Assembly (NCBI GenBank): GCA_964629165.1
Contig: CAZVQJ010000001.1
Span: 1-51,473 of the forward strand
Length of the DNA stretch: 51,473 nt
From: an uncultured Puniceicoccaceae bacterium
GTDB lineage: Bacteria > Verrucomicrobiota > Verrucomicrobiia > Opitutales > Oceanipulchritudinaceae
Direction of reading: 5' to 3'
Below the pieces are notes generated by a model. It did no database searches. It was not told the DNA's origin and was given only the letters and a program-made list of their open reading frames with translations. This document shows positions 17,871 to 28,044 of the stretch, piece by piece (position 1 is the stretch's first letter; each line of letters opens with the position of its first letter). Both the position numbers and the translations under genes were made by a program.

Positions 17871-18973
17871 GATTTCCGGCTGACAATGGATTGCAGAATG
17901 TCGACCCAATGCTGCGCGCCGACCTTCGGGAGTAACGTTTGCGAGCGCGCACGGGCGGCGATCCCGGCCTCGCGGAGCCACTCGGGATGGTCGATCGCCT
18001 GAAGGAGGCCGTCGCGCAAGGCAGCGACGTTCCCCGGTTCGACAAGCTGCCCGCTGCGCCCGTCCTCGAGGAGGTCACGAGCCGCGCCAACGGCGGTTGT
18101 CGAAAGGACGGGAAGACCGGCCGCGAGCGCTTGGTTCACGACGACACCCCATCCGTCATAGCGACTGGGGAGGACAAAGAGGTGCGCCTGGGCAAAGAGT
18201 TCGGGCAACGCTTCGGGAGCTTTGAAACCGAGGAAATGCACCCGTTGGCGCACTCGCTCTGGGAGGGCTTGCAAACGGGCGGACAGGTCGGCCTCTCTCC
18301 CGACGAGGATCAACTCGACAGCGCGCCCATCGGTAACGATCTCGGTGAAGGCGGCAAGGAGCACGTCGATTCCCTTGCGCTCGATCATCTGGCCGCAGAA
18401 GAGGATTTTGAGCGGACCTTTGCCGAGTGCAAGTGGCTCGATCCGGTGGAACGCATCGAGGTCGCAGAGATAGGGAATATTGTCGACCGGCTTGTCCGGC
18501 CAGCGGGTCCGGTAGGCTTCCTGCGCAAGCTTTCCGATGGCGACGACATGGTCGACCCGGTTGAGAGGTGCCGACATGACGCGCTGGAATCGGCCCCTCA
18601 GTCCGCCCGAGGGCGGGTGCATGCGTTCCGCCCAGAAGACGATCGGGCAGCGGTGTCTCGATTTTGTTCGCAGGATCCACTGAGCGGTCGTGTTCATGTA
18701 GCCGTTGAGCACGACCACATCCGCATTTCCGAGGCGGGGAAAGTATCGGTTGAGATGAAAGCGCGACGTTCCGAGCGAAACCGGGCGGCCTGGCATCACT
18801 TGCTCGTACCGCTGGAGTGGCTTCTGCGGCCAAGGTGAGTCCGGGGTCGAGGCTTCCCAGTAGAAGACGGAGAGCGCCAGTTCCTCGCGCTTCGCCAGCT
18901 CCGCGAAGAGGTCCCGCTGATAGGGCGAGGGCGTGATGGTGAAAATGGATACACGTAGCTTCTCCATGGTCAT
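17867..18973 (-). CDS. GT4-family glycosyltransferase
   Basis: ILFCGQMIERKGIDVLL, PSRYDGWGVVVNQALAAGLPVLST. ATG at 18973 (or 18967) lies just downstream of the polymerase stop at 18993. Confidence 0.85.
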   Translation of the reverse strand: MTMEKLRVSIFTITPSPYQRDLFAELAKREELALSVFYWEASTPDSPWPQKPLQRYEQVMPGRPVSLGTSRFHLNRYFPRLGNADVVVLNGYMNTTAQWILRTKSRHRCPIVFWAERMHPPSGGLRGRFQRVMSAPLNRVDHVVAIGKLAQEAYRTRWPDKPVDNIPYLCDLDAFHRIEPLALGKGPLKILFCGQMIERKGIDVLLAAFTEIVTDGRAVELILVGREADLSARLQALPERVRQRVHFLGFKAPEALPELFAQAHLFVLPSRYDGWGVVVNQALAAGLPVLSTTAVGAARDLLEDGRSGQLVEPGNVAALRDGLLQAIDHPEWLREAGIAARARSQTLLPKVGAQHWVDILQSIVSRKS

Positions 18974-18992
18974 TCCTGGGCCGGCGGCACGC

Positions 18993-20504
18993 TCAGGCTC
19001 CGGCCTCGTCTTCTGCACCGGCGAAAGCGCGCGGCAGCACAATGAGCCCGAACGCAACAAGCGCAAGCGCGGGCAGCAGGGCGGTGGTGAACATCGTCAT
19101 GCTGCGCATCGTGATGAGCGCGGCGAAAAATCCCGCTGCGTAGACGAGAACGGGAAAGGTGGAGTCTGTCCGGGAGCCGAGTCGGTTCCAGTACATGAAG
19201 AACATCCCGAAGCAGATTCCCGTGAGGACGACGCCGACGTTGCCCCACATCATATAGGCTTCTCCCACAAAGGTGCAGGAAAGGGTAAGGCCCTGCACTT
19301 CGAGCGCATCTTCGATGCTTACTTTGAAATCGGTCGGTTTATCGGGCCAGAAGGCGCGGGGAATTGGCTTGGTCAGCGCGACAAACGGCATATTGAATCC
19401 CAGGTAGGGATACTGCGAAGGGAAAACCCGGTGGATGCCTGCGATGTTCCGCAGGTTCAGGTCGACAAAATAGGCATCGGCGGACTCCTCCCCACCGGCG
19501 AACTCATCGCTGCCTTCGAAGATGTCACCGACGCCCAACAGGTTGTCCTGCCAAAGATTGTGCTCCACGTAGGTCCAGAGTCCCATGTTGCGGAACCTCA
19601 ACTGATGGGAGCTCAGGACGAAGAAGATGACGATGACGGCGAGACCCGCCATCACGACGCGTGAGATCCTCAGGTTCTTCTGGAAGATGAAGTATCCGCC
19701 GGTGAGGCCCGCGAGGTTGACCGCGAGGATATTCCTCGTTCCTCCCACAAACCCGACGAACAGGGTGGCGAGGAGGATCACCGTGACGATGAGGAGTTGG
19801 AGAAGACTGTATTTCTGGCGGCGGGCGTAGATCAGGCCCGCGAGGGGAGGGATGAGCTGGTTGAGCAGTTCCCCCTCATGGAGGATCGTCGTCAGGTTGC
19901 CCAATTGACCGCGCTGCCAAGGCTGGGAAAATCGCGGGCCACCAAGATGCCGCAGCCAATCGACAAAGTTGAAGTCCACGGCGATCCACTTGTAGAGATT
20001 GGCGAGGATAAAGGCACCGACGATGATCGAGAGGTAGACTGCGGGAGAGATGTGAGGGGTTTTGTCGAACGGAAGATTGCCGCGCCCTGCGCGGATGAGA
20101 TGCCGCCCGACGACCAACCCGAAGAAGCCGAGAAGGGTCGAGAAAACCGCACTCCGGGTGTCGATGCTGAAGACCGTCTCGTCGAAAATCGGTTGGTCGG
20201 ATATGACAAACTCGGCCAAAGTCAGGTAGTACAACGCAATGATTGCGAAGAGATCGATGCGGATGAGATTGCGGAGCGAAACCCGCCAGTCGCAGAGAAT
20301 CGAAACGACAATTCCGACGAAGACAATGAGACCCGCCCGCCGGGCAATTTCAGAGGGCAAGCCATCGCCCATGAAAATGGCGGCGGCCAGAAGGCTGATG
20401 AGAATCGCTACTGTCCCGGCTGGCGTGGGATGCAGATAGGGCTCCTCTCGGAGCTGATACCATGGACGCGCGGAGGCTTCGGAGATGGCTTCGGTCGTGG
20501 TCAT
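18993..20504 (-). CDS. polytopic membrane protein, Wzy-like oligosaccharide repeat-unit polymerase candidate
   Basis: About 12 predicted TM helices with one larger loop, embedded in the glycosyltransferase operon. The start shares one base with the upstream stop (TGATG at 20502-20506). No sharp sequence motif, so the call rests on context and topology. Confidence 0.6.
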   Translation of the reverse strand: MTTTEAISEASARPWYQLREEPYLHPTPAGTVAILISLLAAAIFMGDGLPSEIARRAGLIVFVGIVVSILCDWRVSLRNLIRIDLFAIIALYYLTLAEFVISDQPIFDETVFSIDTRSAVFSTLLGFFGLVVGRHLIRAGRGNLPFDKTPHISPAVYLSIIVGAFILANLYKWIAVDFNFVDWLRHLGGPRFSQPWQRGQLGNLTTILHEGELLNQLIPPLAGLIYARRQKYSLLQLLIVTVILLATLFVGFVGGTRNILAVNLAGLTGGYFIFQKNLRISRVVMAGLAVIVIFFVLSSHQLRFRNMGLWTYVEHNLWQDNLLGVGDIFEGSDEFAGGEESADAYFVDLNLRNIAGIHRVFPSQYPYLGFNMPFVALTKPIPRAFWPDKPTDFKVSIEDALEVQGLTLSCTFVGEAYMMWGNVGVVLTGICFGMFFMYWNRLGSRTDSTFPVLVYAAGFFAALITMRSMTMFTTALLPALALVAFGLIVLPRAFAGAEDEAGA

Positions 20505-21652
20505 CAAGAGGTCGTGGGCGCTTGCCCGGACCGGGCATCGGTGAGGTGAAGAAGCGCCTCCGCAGGGCGCTCCCAATCGTGATTGTCGGGCACCGTTGTG
20601 GGATGATCCCGCCAGAAGGTCAATGCGGTCGCCAGCGCGTCGGCATCAGCGAAGGGAACGATCGATCCGTTCACGCCTTCCTCGATGAGGTCTCCTGCGC
20701 CCACCCGATCGCTGACGACGCAGGGCAGACCGACCTGGAGCGCCTGGCTGACGACAAGTCCGAAGGCTTCTTCAGCCGAAGGAAGCACGAGGACAGACGC
20801 GCGGGCCATCTCTCCCGCCAGCCTGGACTGGCTGACAGGTCCGTGGCGCCGGACGAGAGCGGCTCCCGTGTAGTTCCCGAAATCGGCCTCCGTTTCGGGT
20901 GAAAGGGGTCCGAAGCAGTCGAGCTGCCACGCGCGCGAGTCCGCCTGTTCGAGCGCTTTGAGCAGGTAATGAACGCCCTTGCGCAAGGAGAGCTGTCCGG
21001 CGAAGACGATGCGGAACCGGTCCTCCGGGGAGGCCGTCCGCTTGGGAAAAATCTGCGGATCAGCCCCGTAGGGAACCACGATGATGGCCTCACCGTCGAT
21101 GCCGTCCTGCGCCAGCTGGGAGGCGACGATCGAGGAGGCGGCGCAGTGGTAATGAGCGAGCTCCGCCTCCTGGCGCATGCGTTCGATCCACCAGGAAGGA
21201 TAGATGTGCTCGCGCGTAAAAGGGAGATTCGCTCGCACATACTCGGGTTCGACGAGGTCGAGTTGTTGTTCCAGTGGGCCGCTTGCGTGATTGAGGACGG
21301 TCGTCAGATTCTTCTCCCGGGCGGCCTGAAACAGTTCGAGGCATTGGCCGGGAATGCCGTGCACGACACCTGAATCGGGGAGCGCCCGGACCGCCCGGCG
21401 CGCGAAGCCGACATCCTGCCACCGGAAGAGCCGACCCTGGTCCGGTTGCCAGCGGCGGGGCAATCGCAAGAGGCCATAGGTCGCCAGCGTGCGCCAGCCG
21501 ATCTGCCGATACGGGAAGCCAGCCGGTGGGTGCAGCTTCCACTCCGGATACCCGCAGAGAAACCGGCTCAACCGGTTACGCCGATGCAATGCCAGCGCCA
21601 TCTCGTAGACGTGGCAGGGATTCGTGGCAGCAAAGCAGAAGCGGAGAGACAT
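20504..21652 (-). CDS. GT4-like glycosyltransferase (first gene of the minus-strand operon)
   Basis: C-terminal GT-B half: IVFAGQLSLRKGVHYLLKAL..., PSAEEAFGLVVSQALQVGLPCVVS (E-x7-E). Confidence 0.8.
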   Translation of the reverse strand: MSLRFCFAATNPCHVYEMALALHRRNRLSRFLCGYPEWKLHPPAGFPYRQIGWRTLATYGLLRLPRRWQPDQGRLFRWQDVGFARRAVRALPDSGVVHGIPGQCLELFQAAREKNLTTVLNHASGPLEQQLDLVEPEYVRANLPFTREHIYPSWWIERMRQEAELAHYHCAASSIVASQLAQDGIDGEAIIVVPYGADPQIFPKRTASPEDRFRIVFAGQLSLRKGVHYLLKALEQADSRAWQLDCFGPLSPETEADFGNYTGAALVRRHGPVSQSRLAGEMARASVLVLPSAEEAFGLVVSQALQVGLPCVVSDRVGAGDLIEEGVNGSIVPFADADALATALTFWRDHPTTVPDNHDWERPAEALLHLTDARSGQAPTTS

Positions 21653-21966
21653 GAAAGCGTGAGAGAAAGACTTCCAATTTGGGAAGCCGAGCGAATTGTG
21701 GGAACAACTGGCCGCACGTCCAGAGCGATGGGCGGATTGTTGGAATCGAAAGGGCCTGCTGACGATTCCGCGCGCGGTGTGGGGGCCTGCATGGTGACGG
21801 GCGAGGCCTTTCCTTTGCCCTTGCTTCGGAATGAAGCCTTATGCAAAAAGCCGCATCGGAGGTGGAAGATCTGGCGCAATGGCCGATAATCCGCCGGGTC
21901 GAACCTGTGGGAAGAGGCGACGGCGTCACCGCGACGTCAGCTTCTCCGGGTCCTCATCCAACGGTT

Positions 21967-23787
21967 ATGGCATTCTTTCGCTTTCAGCTTCTGCGTGATG
22001 TATATTCGCTGGTGCGGCCTTTCGGTCGGCGCCGGTTGGCGGGCATCGTCGGCTTCAATATCGTGCAGGCCGGTTTCCAGGCGCTGTCGGTCATCGCGAT
22101 CATGCTCTTTACGATGGCGGCGACCAATACGTCGGAGAACGCGCGTGTGCCGGGGCTTTCGGCGGTGCTCGATCAGGTCTACCCGGAGGCAACCGCCCGG
22201 GATCTGATCGTCATCATGAGCGGCCTCACCGTTTTCGTGATCGTTGTTTCAAACCTCTTGAATATCGTCGGCGAGTACCTGCGTTCCCGCTACACGACCA
22301 AGACCGGATACCTGCTGACGACCGGGATTCTGCGAACCATCGCGGTGCGGCCCTATTCCTTCCATTTGAGGAATAATTCATCGCTCCTCACGAAGAAAGC
22401 GAACGGCGACGTCGCGGCCTTCGTTTCCGGGGTGCTCGCGCCTCTCCTCGACCTGATGGCTCGCGTTCTTGTGGCGTCCTTCACGTTCGGAGCGATGGTT
22501 CTTGCGGAACCAGTCCTCGCGCTTGTCCTGAGCGCGCTCTTCCTGGTCTTTTACTACCTCGTTTATCTGGGGGCGCGCCGGTTCTGGAAGCTTCTCAACC
22601 AGCAGTTCAACGTCCTCGCGCAGATCGCTTTCAAGAGCATTTATCAGTTTCTCACGGGCATCAAACCGATCATTGTTCATGATGTGCGGCGCCATTTTCT
22701 GGAGACCTACGAGACGGCCGCGGCCAAGCACGTGCGTTACAAAGCGCTCTCTCCGGTCGTCGCGAACGGACCCCGGTATATTGTCGAAATCCTCGTTTTT
22801 GGCGGGGGCATCGCCATTTTTGCGAGCCTCATCCTCGGAGGGGCGCAGATCGAGGATCTCGCTCCGGTTGCGGTGACCTTCATGTATGGTGGCTACAAGC
22901 TGCTGCCGAACTTCCAATTGATGTTTGGCACGCTTGGGTCGATCCGGACCCATGAGTACACCATTTACGAGATCCTCGCCGACTTTTCCCCGAAGGATCT
23001 GCATCGTGTGCACGGTCCCCTACCGGAACCGCAGCGGGAAGCCCTGGACTTTCGTGACCGGATTTCCGTCGAGAACGTCTCGTTTCGCTACACCGACGAT
23101 TCCCGGCTCGTTCTCAAAGACCTGACCCTCGAAATCAGGCGCGGCCAGAAGGTCGCTTTTGTCGGACAGACGGGTTCGGGCAAAAGCACCCTTGTCGACA
23201 TGATCCTGGGTCTGCACATCCCGGTGTCGGGACGGATTGCGGTCGATGGCACGACATTGGACCCGACCACGATTGCGGCCTGGCGCCGCCGGATCGGCTA
23301 CGTGCCGCAGGATATCTTTCTCGTCGACGAAAGCGTGCGCAAGAACATCGCGTTCGGGATCAAGGACAGTGAAATCGATGAGGAGGCGGTGAAGGAGGCG
23401 ATCCGGATGGCTCAGGCCGAAGAATTCGTCTACCACCGGTTGCCCGAAGGCCTGGATACGGTCGTGGGGGAGCGCGGAGTTCGCTTGAGTGGTGGGCAGC
23501 GCCAGCGCATCGGGCTCGCTCGCGCGCTTTACCATCGCCCCGATGTCCTCATCCTCGACGAGGCGACGAGCGCGCTGGATAACGCCACCGAGGCCGCGAT
23601 CATGCGGGTCATTGACGACCTTTCCAGCCACCTGACGATTCTCATGATCGCCCACCGGCTCACCACTGTCGTGCACGCAGACCGGATTTTCATGCTCACA
23701 CAGGGCGAGATTTCCGCCGTGGGCAGCTACGATGAACTGATCCGGCAGTCGGATGAATTTCGCTCGCTGGCGGAAGTGGCTCGGTAG
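21967..23787 (+). CDS. fused TMD-NBD ABC exporter (MsbA/PglK type)
   Basis: Six-helix N-terminal ABC_membrane domain. Walker A GQTGSGKST, signature LSGGQRQRIGLARAL, Walker B VLILDEATSALD, H-loop IAHRL. ATG at 21967 (MAFFRFQLLRDVYSLVRPF). Confidence 0.9.
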   Translation: MAFFRFQLLRDVYSLVRPFGRRRLAGIVGFNIVQAGFQALSVIAIMLFTMAATNTSENARVPGLSAVLDQVYPEATARDLIVIMSGLTVFVIVVSNLLNIVGEYLRSRYTTKTGYLLTTGILRTIAVRPYSFHLRNNSSLLTKKANGDVAAFVSGVLAPLLDLMARVLVASFTFGAMVLAEPVLALVLSALFLVFYYLVYLGARRFWKLLNQQFNVLAQIAFKSIYQFLTGIKPIIVHDVRRHFLETYETAAAKHVRYKALSPVVANGPRYIVEILVFGGGIAIFASLILGGAQIEDLAPVAVTFMYGGYKLLPNFQLMFGTLGSIRTHEYTIYEILADFSPKDLHRVHGPLPEPQREALDFRDRISVENVSFRYTDDSRLVLKDLTLEIRRGQKVAFVGQTGSGKSTLVDMILGLHIPVSGRIAVDGTTLDPTTIAAWRRRIGYVPQDIFLVDESVRKNIAFGIKDSEIDEEAVKEAIRMAQAEEFVYHRLPEGLDTVVGERGVRLSGGQRQRIGLARALYHRPDVLILDEATSALDNATEAAIMRVIDDLSSHLTILMIAHRLTTVVHADRIFMLTQGEISAVGSYDELIRQSDEFRSLAEVAR

Positions 23788-23820
23788 AAACCGCCATCCC
23801 TTGTCCACCGGCATCGCCCA

Positions 23821-24858
23821 ATGAAGGATCCTCGTGTTTCAGTGATTATGCCCGTCTATAACGACGCGGCCTATCTGCGGAAGGCGATCGAGAGTGTCCT
23901 GAACCAGTCATTCCGCGATTTTGAACTGCTCGTTCTGAATGACGGATCTACCGATGAGACGGCGGAGGTCGTTGCGGCGTTTTCAGACAAGCGCCTCCGT
24001 TTCATCGACGACGCTGCCAACCGGGGTCCTGCATACCGGCGGAATGTTGGCCTGCGGGAGGCGCGGGGAGAATTCATCGCATTGATGGATGGCGACGACA
24101 TCGCCGTCTCCGATCGCCTTGCGAAGTCCGTTGCGGCGATGGAGGCGCACCGGGAGGTCGGCATCCTGGGGGGCTTTGCGCAGCTCTTCAGCGGGAAGGG
24201 GGATCATGCCTGCTGGACGTTTCCGCTCCATCACGAGGAGATCTGCGCCCGGCTGTTTTTCCGCGGGGCTTTTTCCAACCCCACCCTCATGCTGCGGGGG
24301 TCGGTTATGCGAAGTCACGGGATCCGCTTCGACGAATCGCTGCCCCTCTCCGAAGACTACAATCTCTGGTATGACGTGCTGCGGGTGAGTCGTGGTAAAA
24401 ACCTGCCTGAGGTGCTCGTGCGTTACCGTGTTTCGGACAGCCAATTGACGCGTTCGCGCGTCGATGAGAAATGGCAAACGCTGGCCTTCGTGCGCGGCCG
24501 AATGCTCTCCGATCTCGGGTTTGACCGCCCGGATGACGAGTTTCACGCCAAGGTCGTTCATCCTCAATGGGCTGAGGATCGCGCATTCCATGATGCTGCC
24601 CTTGACTCGTTGCTCGAGATTGTCCGGGCGAACCGCGTGCGGGGAATCTTTCCTGCGGAGGCTTTCGAGAGGGAGGTCGTCCGTTTTGTCTATTTCCGGT
24701 TCCGGGTCTCCGGAATGTATCCGGCGAGCGAGGCTTTTCGAAAATATCGCAGCTTTACGAAGGCGTTGGGCATCGGTTGGCCCCGGAACGGGTTGCGACT
24801 ATTTTGCGCAAGCCTCATCAAACGCTCGCGTGCTCGCGCAACTTCTGGTCACAGTTGA
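23821..24858 (+). CDS. GT2-family glycosyltransferase
   Basis: VSVIMPVYNDAAYLRKAIESVLNQSFRDFELLVLNDGSTDET and the DGDD motif (ALMDGDDI). Confidence 0.9.
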   Translation: MKDPRVSVIMPVYNDAAYLRKAIESVLNQSFRDFELLVLNDGSTDETAEVVAAFSDKRLRFIDDAANRGPAYRRNVGLREARGEFIALMDGDDIAVSDRLAKSVAAMEAHREVGILGGFAQLFSGKGDHACWTFPLHHEEICARLFFRGAFSNPTLMLRGSVMRSHGIRFDESLPLSEDYNLWYDVLRVSRGKNLPEVLVRYRVSDSQLTRSRVDEKWQTLAFVRGRMLSDLGFDRPDDEFHAKVVHPQWAEDRAFHDAALDSLLEIVRANRVRGIFPAEAFEREVVRFVYFRFRVSGMYPASEAFRKYRSFTKALGIGWPRNGLRLFCASLIKRSRARATSGHS

Positions 24859-24863
24859 GTTCG

Positions 24864-26066
24864 ATGCGAATTTCTGGTCTCGCAGGGGTCCCCCAGGTGG
24901 CTCCGTCCACCGAATCCGACAGCGGACAGACGGCATCCCCTGTCGCTGCCGATAGGTCGAACAGGGCGGGGGCCGATCCGCGGCGTTTACGTGCTGCGAT
25001 GTTTCCGGACTATCGTGCCTCGAACCCCTATCAGCGTCTCCTCGTGGAAAGTCTCGGCCAGGAGGGCGTCCAGTGTGATTTCCCGAGCGGTTACAAGCGG
25101 GGCCTGCATTTTTCCCGTCGACTCGGGATAGGCGGGGGATCGGGGGCGGGATACGATCTGATCCACCTGCACTGGCCAGACAGTTACCTCCGTGGAAAAA
25201 GCCTCTGGAGCCGCCGGCTCTACGCGGAGAAACTCTGGTGGGATCTGCGAATGGCCACCCGCCGCCGACCGCTCGTATGGACGGTCCACAACCTCAACCG
25301 GCACGATCTGAACGAAGATCCGGTGGAAAAGCGCTTTTACCGCCGCTTGGCCCGTCTCGCCCGCCGGCTCTTTGTGCACGATGACAGCCTCATTGCGCCG
25401 GTCGTGGAGCGTCTTCGGGTCGAGCGTGAAAAGATCGTGGTCATTCCCCATGGGCACTATGGAGACTTCTACGGTCCTGTGCCACCGCGCAAGGAGGCGC
25501 GCGCCCGACTGCGCATTCCCGACGACGCCCGGGTGGTCCTTTTTCTGGGCATGATCCGTCCATACAAGGGTTTGGAGGATCTCATCGAGGTCTGGCCAGC
25601 GGTGCGCGCAGCGGTTCCAGAGGCGCTTCTCCTCATCGTGGGCGGCGGACGTTTGGAGGGTTATATCGAAGAAATCCGGCAACGCGTGAACGCGGTCGAA
25701 GGCGTGCGTCTTGACGCCCGGTACGTAGCGGACGCGGAGATCCCGTGCTATTATGGCGCGGTCGACGCCGCAGTCTTTCCCTTTCGCTCGATCACGACAT
25801 CGGGCAGCCTCATTCTCGCTCTCAGTTATGGTAAACCGGTTGTCACTCCCGATGTTCCCAGTATTGCCCGAAAGCTGGATTTCCTCGGTCCGCTCCTGTA
25901 TCCTCCCGGCTCTCAAGCGGGTTTGCGGAACTCTCTTATCACCTCTCTTGATGAACCACTTGGAGATTGGGAAAAGGAGTTTGCGGCGGTCCGTGAAGAT
26001 TATTCATGGGAGCACACGGCGGCTCTCACGGCAGCGTCCTACCGAGCCGTCCTCAACGAAATCTGA
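24864..26066 (+). CDS. GT4-like glycosyltransferase
   Basis: LIHLHWP, the FLGMIRPYKGLEDLI motif, and a C-terminal GT-B half (FPFRSITTSGSLILALSYGKPVV). The start is uncertain: ATG 24864 gives a low-complexity 45-aa leader, and ATG 24999 (MFPDYRASNPYQRLL) is a good alternative. Confidence 0.78.
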   Translation: MRISGLAGVPQVAPSTESDSGQTASPVAADRSNRAGADPRRLRAAMFPDYRASNPYQRLLVESLGQEGVQCDFPSGYKRGLHFSRRLGIGGGSGAGYDLIHLHWPDSYLRGKSLWSRRLYAEKLWWDLRMATRRRPLVWTVHNLNRHDLNEDPVEKRFYRRLARLARRLFVHDDSLIAPVVERLRVEREKIVVIPHGHYGDFYGPVPPRKEARARLRIPDDARVVLFLGMIRPYKGLEDLIEVWPAVRAAVPEALLLIVGGGRLEGYIEEIRQRVNAVEGVRLDARYVADAEIPCYYGAVDAAVFPFRSITTSGSLILALSYGKPVVTPDVPSIARKLDFLGPLLYPPGSQAGLRNSLITSLDEPLGDWEKEFAAVREDYSWEHTAALTAASYRAVLNEI

Positions 26067-26135
26067 CCGGGCGAACCTTGCCGGCCCGCTTCTTCGTCGT
26101 AAGCTGGCAGGGGCGGTTGCGTCTCCAAGCGTTCG

Positions 26136-27101
26136 ATGAAGCCGCTTGTGAGCATCCTGGTGCCTTGTCACAATGCTGCGCAGTGGGTGGAGGAAGCCGT
26201 CCGCAGCGCATTGACGCAGACCTGGCCGCACACGGAAGTGATCGTGATCGACGATGGTTCCAGCGATGAATCGGTGGCGGTCCTCAAGCGATTTGGAGAC
26301 GCCATCCAGCTCATTGCGCGGGAGAACCGGGGAGGCAACCCGACCCGCAACGAGCTTGCCGGACACGCTCGGGGAGAGTGGCTTCAGTTTCTCGACGCCG
26401 ATGACGCTCTCTTGCCGGACAAGATCGAGAAGCAGATGGAACGGGTGGAAGCGGTACCCGCGGCCGACGTCATCTACGGGCCCTTGGTCATCGAGGACCA
26501 CACGGTGGGCGACGTCGTCAGGCGGGAGTGGCGGCCGCATCGGACGGACGGTCGGCACGATGCCTGGACCTACCACCTGAGCTGGCGGTTGACGCAGACC
26601 GGCGGCGCGCTCTTTCGGCGTTCAGCTTTGCTCTCGGTCGGCGGGTGGAACAACGACCAGGCATGTTGCCAGGACAATGAACTGTTTTTCCGGCTCCTCC
26701 AGGAGGGGCGTACATTTGTCCATTGTGATCACGCCGGCGCGATGTATCGTCGTTTTTCCGGAACCTCGGTCAGCACCCGGAAGGACGGTGGCGTCCGCGA
26801 CGAAATTCTCCGGCTCCTGCAGGCGGCGGAATCCTGGCTGCGAAGCGCTGGTGAATGGACGCCCGAGCGACGTGAAGCCGCCAACAACTACCGGTTCGGG
26901 CTCGCGCGTCAGGTCTGGCCGGAGGATCGTGCGAAAGCGGCCGCCATTATGCGGCAGGTGCGCACCGGTTCCGGGCGCTTCTTACCCGCTCCGGGGCCTC
27001 ACGCGCCCGGTCTCTACCGGTTCTGTTTTCAATTGTTTGGATTTGAGGGGGCCGAACGCATCTCGTTGTGGCGCCGCAAATTGAGACCTGCTTCCGCATG
27101 A
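26136..27101 (+). CDS. GT2-family glycosyltransferase
   Basis: VSILVPCHNAAQWVEEAVRSALTQTWPHTEVIVIDDGSSDES and the LDADD motif. Confidence 0.9.
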   Translation: MKPLVSILVPCHNAAQWVEEAVRSALTQTWPHTEVIVIDDGSSDESVAVLKRFGDAIQLIARENRGGNPTRNELAGHARGEWLQFLDADDALLPDKIEKQMERVEAVPAADVIYGPLVIEDHTVGDVVRREWRPHRTDGRHDAWTYHLSWRLTQTGGALFRRSALLSVGGWNNDQACCQDNELFFRLLQEGRTFVHCDHAGAMYRRFSGTSVSTRKDGGVRDEILRLLQAAESWLRSAGEWTPERREAANNYRFGLARQVWPEDRAKAAAIMRQVRTGSGRFLPAPGPHAPGLYRFCFQLFGFEGAERISLWRRKLRPASA

Positions 27102-27967
27102 AACGCATTCCGATTACCGCGATGATCCCGGCCTATCGGCGTGTGGCACAAACGATTTCAACGATCGGAAAGCTACAGGCCTGCAACCCCGCGCCGGACG
27201 AAATACTCGTCCATATCGATTCCCGGGTGGAGGAGATGCGGTCAGCTTTGCGTGAGCCCCCTTTGGGGGTTCGGGTGCTTGAGAGTGAGGAAAACCTCGG
27301 GCCCGGCGGTGGGCGCAACCGGATGCTGGAGGAGGCCACTCACGAAATCGTGGTCAGCTTTGATGATGATTCGTACCCGCCGGACGCCGACTTTTTCGCC
27401 CGGGTGGCGGCGTGGGTGGAACAGGTTCCGGAGGCTGCCATCCTCGCCACCAATATCTTCGAGCCCGGCGATCCTGTGCCGTCCGCGGACGGAGAAGCCC
27501 GGTGGGTTGCTGATTTTGTCGGTTGCGGATGCGTCTATCGTCGCAGTGTCTTCCTCAAAGCACCGGGGTATGTGCCCATCCCGATTGCCTACAGCATGGA
27601 GGAGGCGGATCTTGCCCTCCGCTACACGGCCCGCGGTGAACGGATCCTTTTTGTGCCGGACCTGCGGGTTTATCACGATACACACCTCACGCATCATGCG
27701 AGTGCAGAAGTAGCCGCCGCCCAAGTCGCGAACGTCGGCCTGTTTGTCATCTTGCGTTATCCATGGCAACGCTGGCCACTGGGCATGGTTCAATTCGCGC
27801 ACAAATGGTGGGATGCCCTTCGCCGCAAGCGGTTTCGCGGAGCGCTGCGAACGCCGCTCGCGCTTAGGCGGCAGATCGCAGGCTATCACACCTATCGGGC
27901 TCCCGTCACAAAGGAGGCTTTCGATCGCCATCGCTTGCTCCGCAAGCGGGGGGGATTTCCCCTGTAG
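27098..27967 (+). CDS. GT2-like glycosyltransferase
   Basis: ITAMIPAYRR, the NLGPGGGRN motif, SFDDDS (DxD) and GCGCVYRRSVF. ATGA overlap with the preceding GT2 at 27098-27101. Confidence 0.8.
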   Translation: MKRIPITAMIPAYRRVAQTISTIGKLQACNPAPDEILVHIDSRVEEMRSALREPPLGVRVLESEENLGPGGGRNRMLEEATHEIVVSFDDDSYPPDADFFARVAAWVEQVPEAAILATNIFEPGDPVPSADGEARWVADFVGCGCVYRRSVFLKAPGYVPIPIAYSMEEADLALRYTARGERILFVPDLRVYHDTHLTHHASAEVAAAQVANVGLFVILRYPWQRWPLGMVQFAHKWWDALRRKRFRGALRTPLALRRQIAGYHTYRAPVTKEAFDRHRLLRKRGGFPL

Positions 27968-28044
27968 TCTTGATTCAGGCTGGAGATTCCGCATGGTGAG
28001 CACCCGCGGTCTCCATCGATTCTATTCACGGTTCCGTCCCTGTC

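Noticed and set aside
21653-21966. 314-nt divergent intergenic region of the polysaccharide locus, examined for small RNAs, small ORFs and promoter boxes
   Set aside because: It contains only a weak 5-bp hairpin (CTTCC-N6-GGAAG) and no confident -35/-10 pair. It almost certainly holds both promoters, but I cannot place them from sequence alone.
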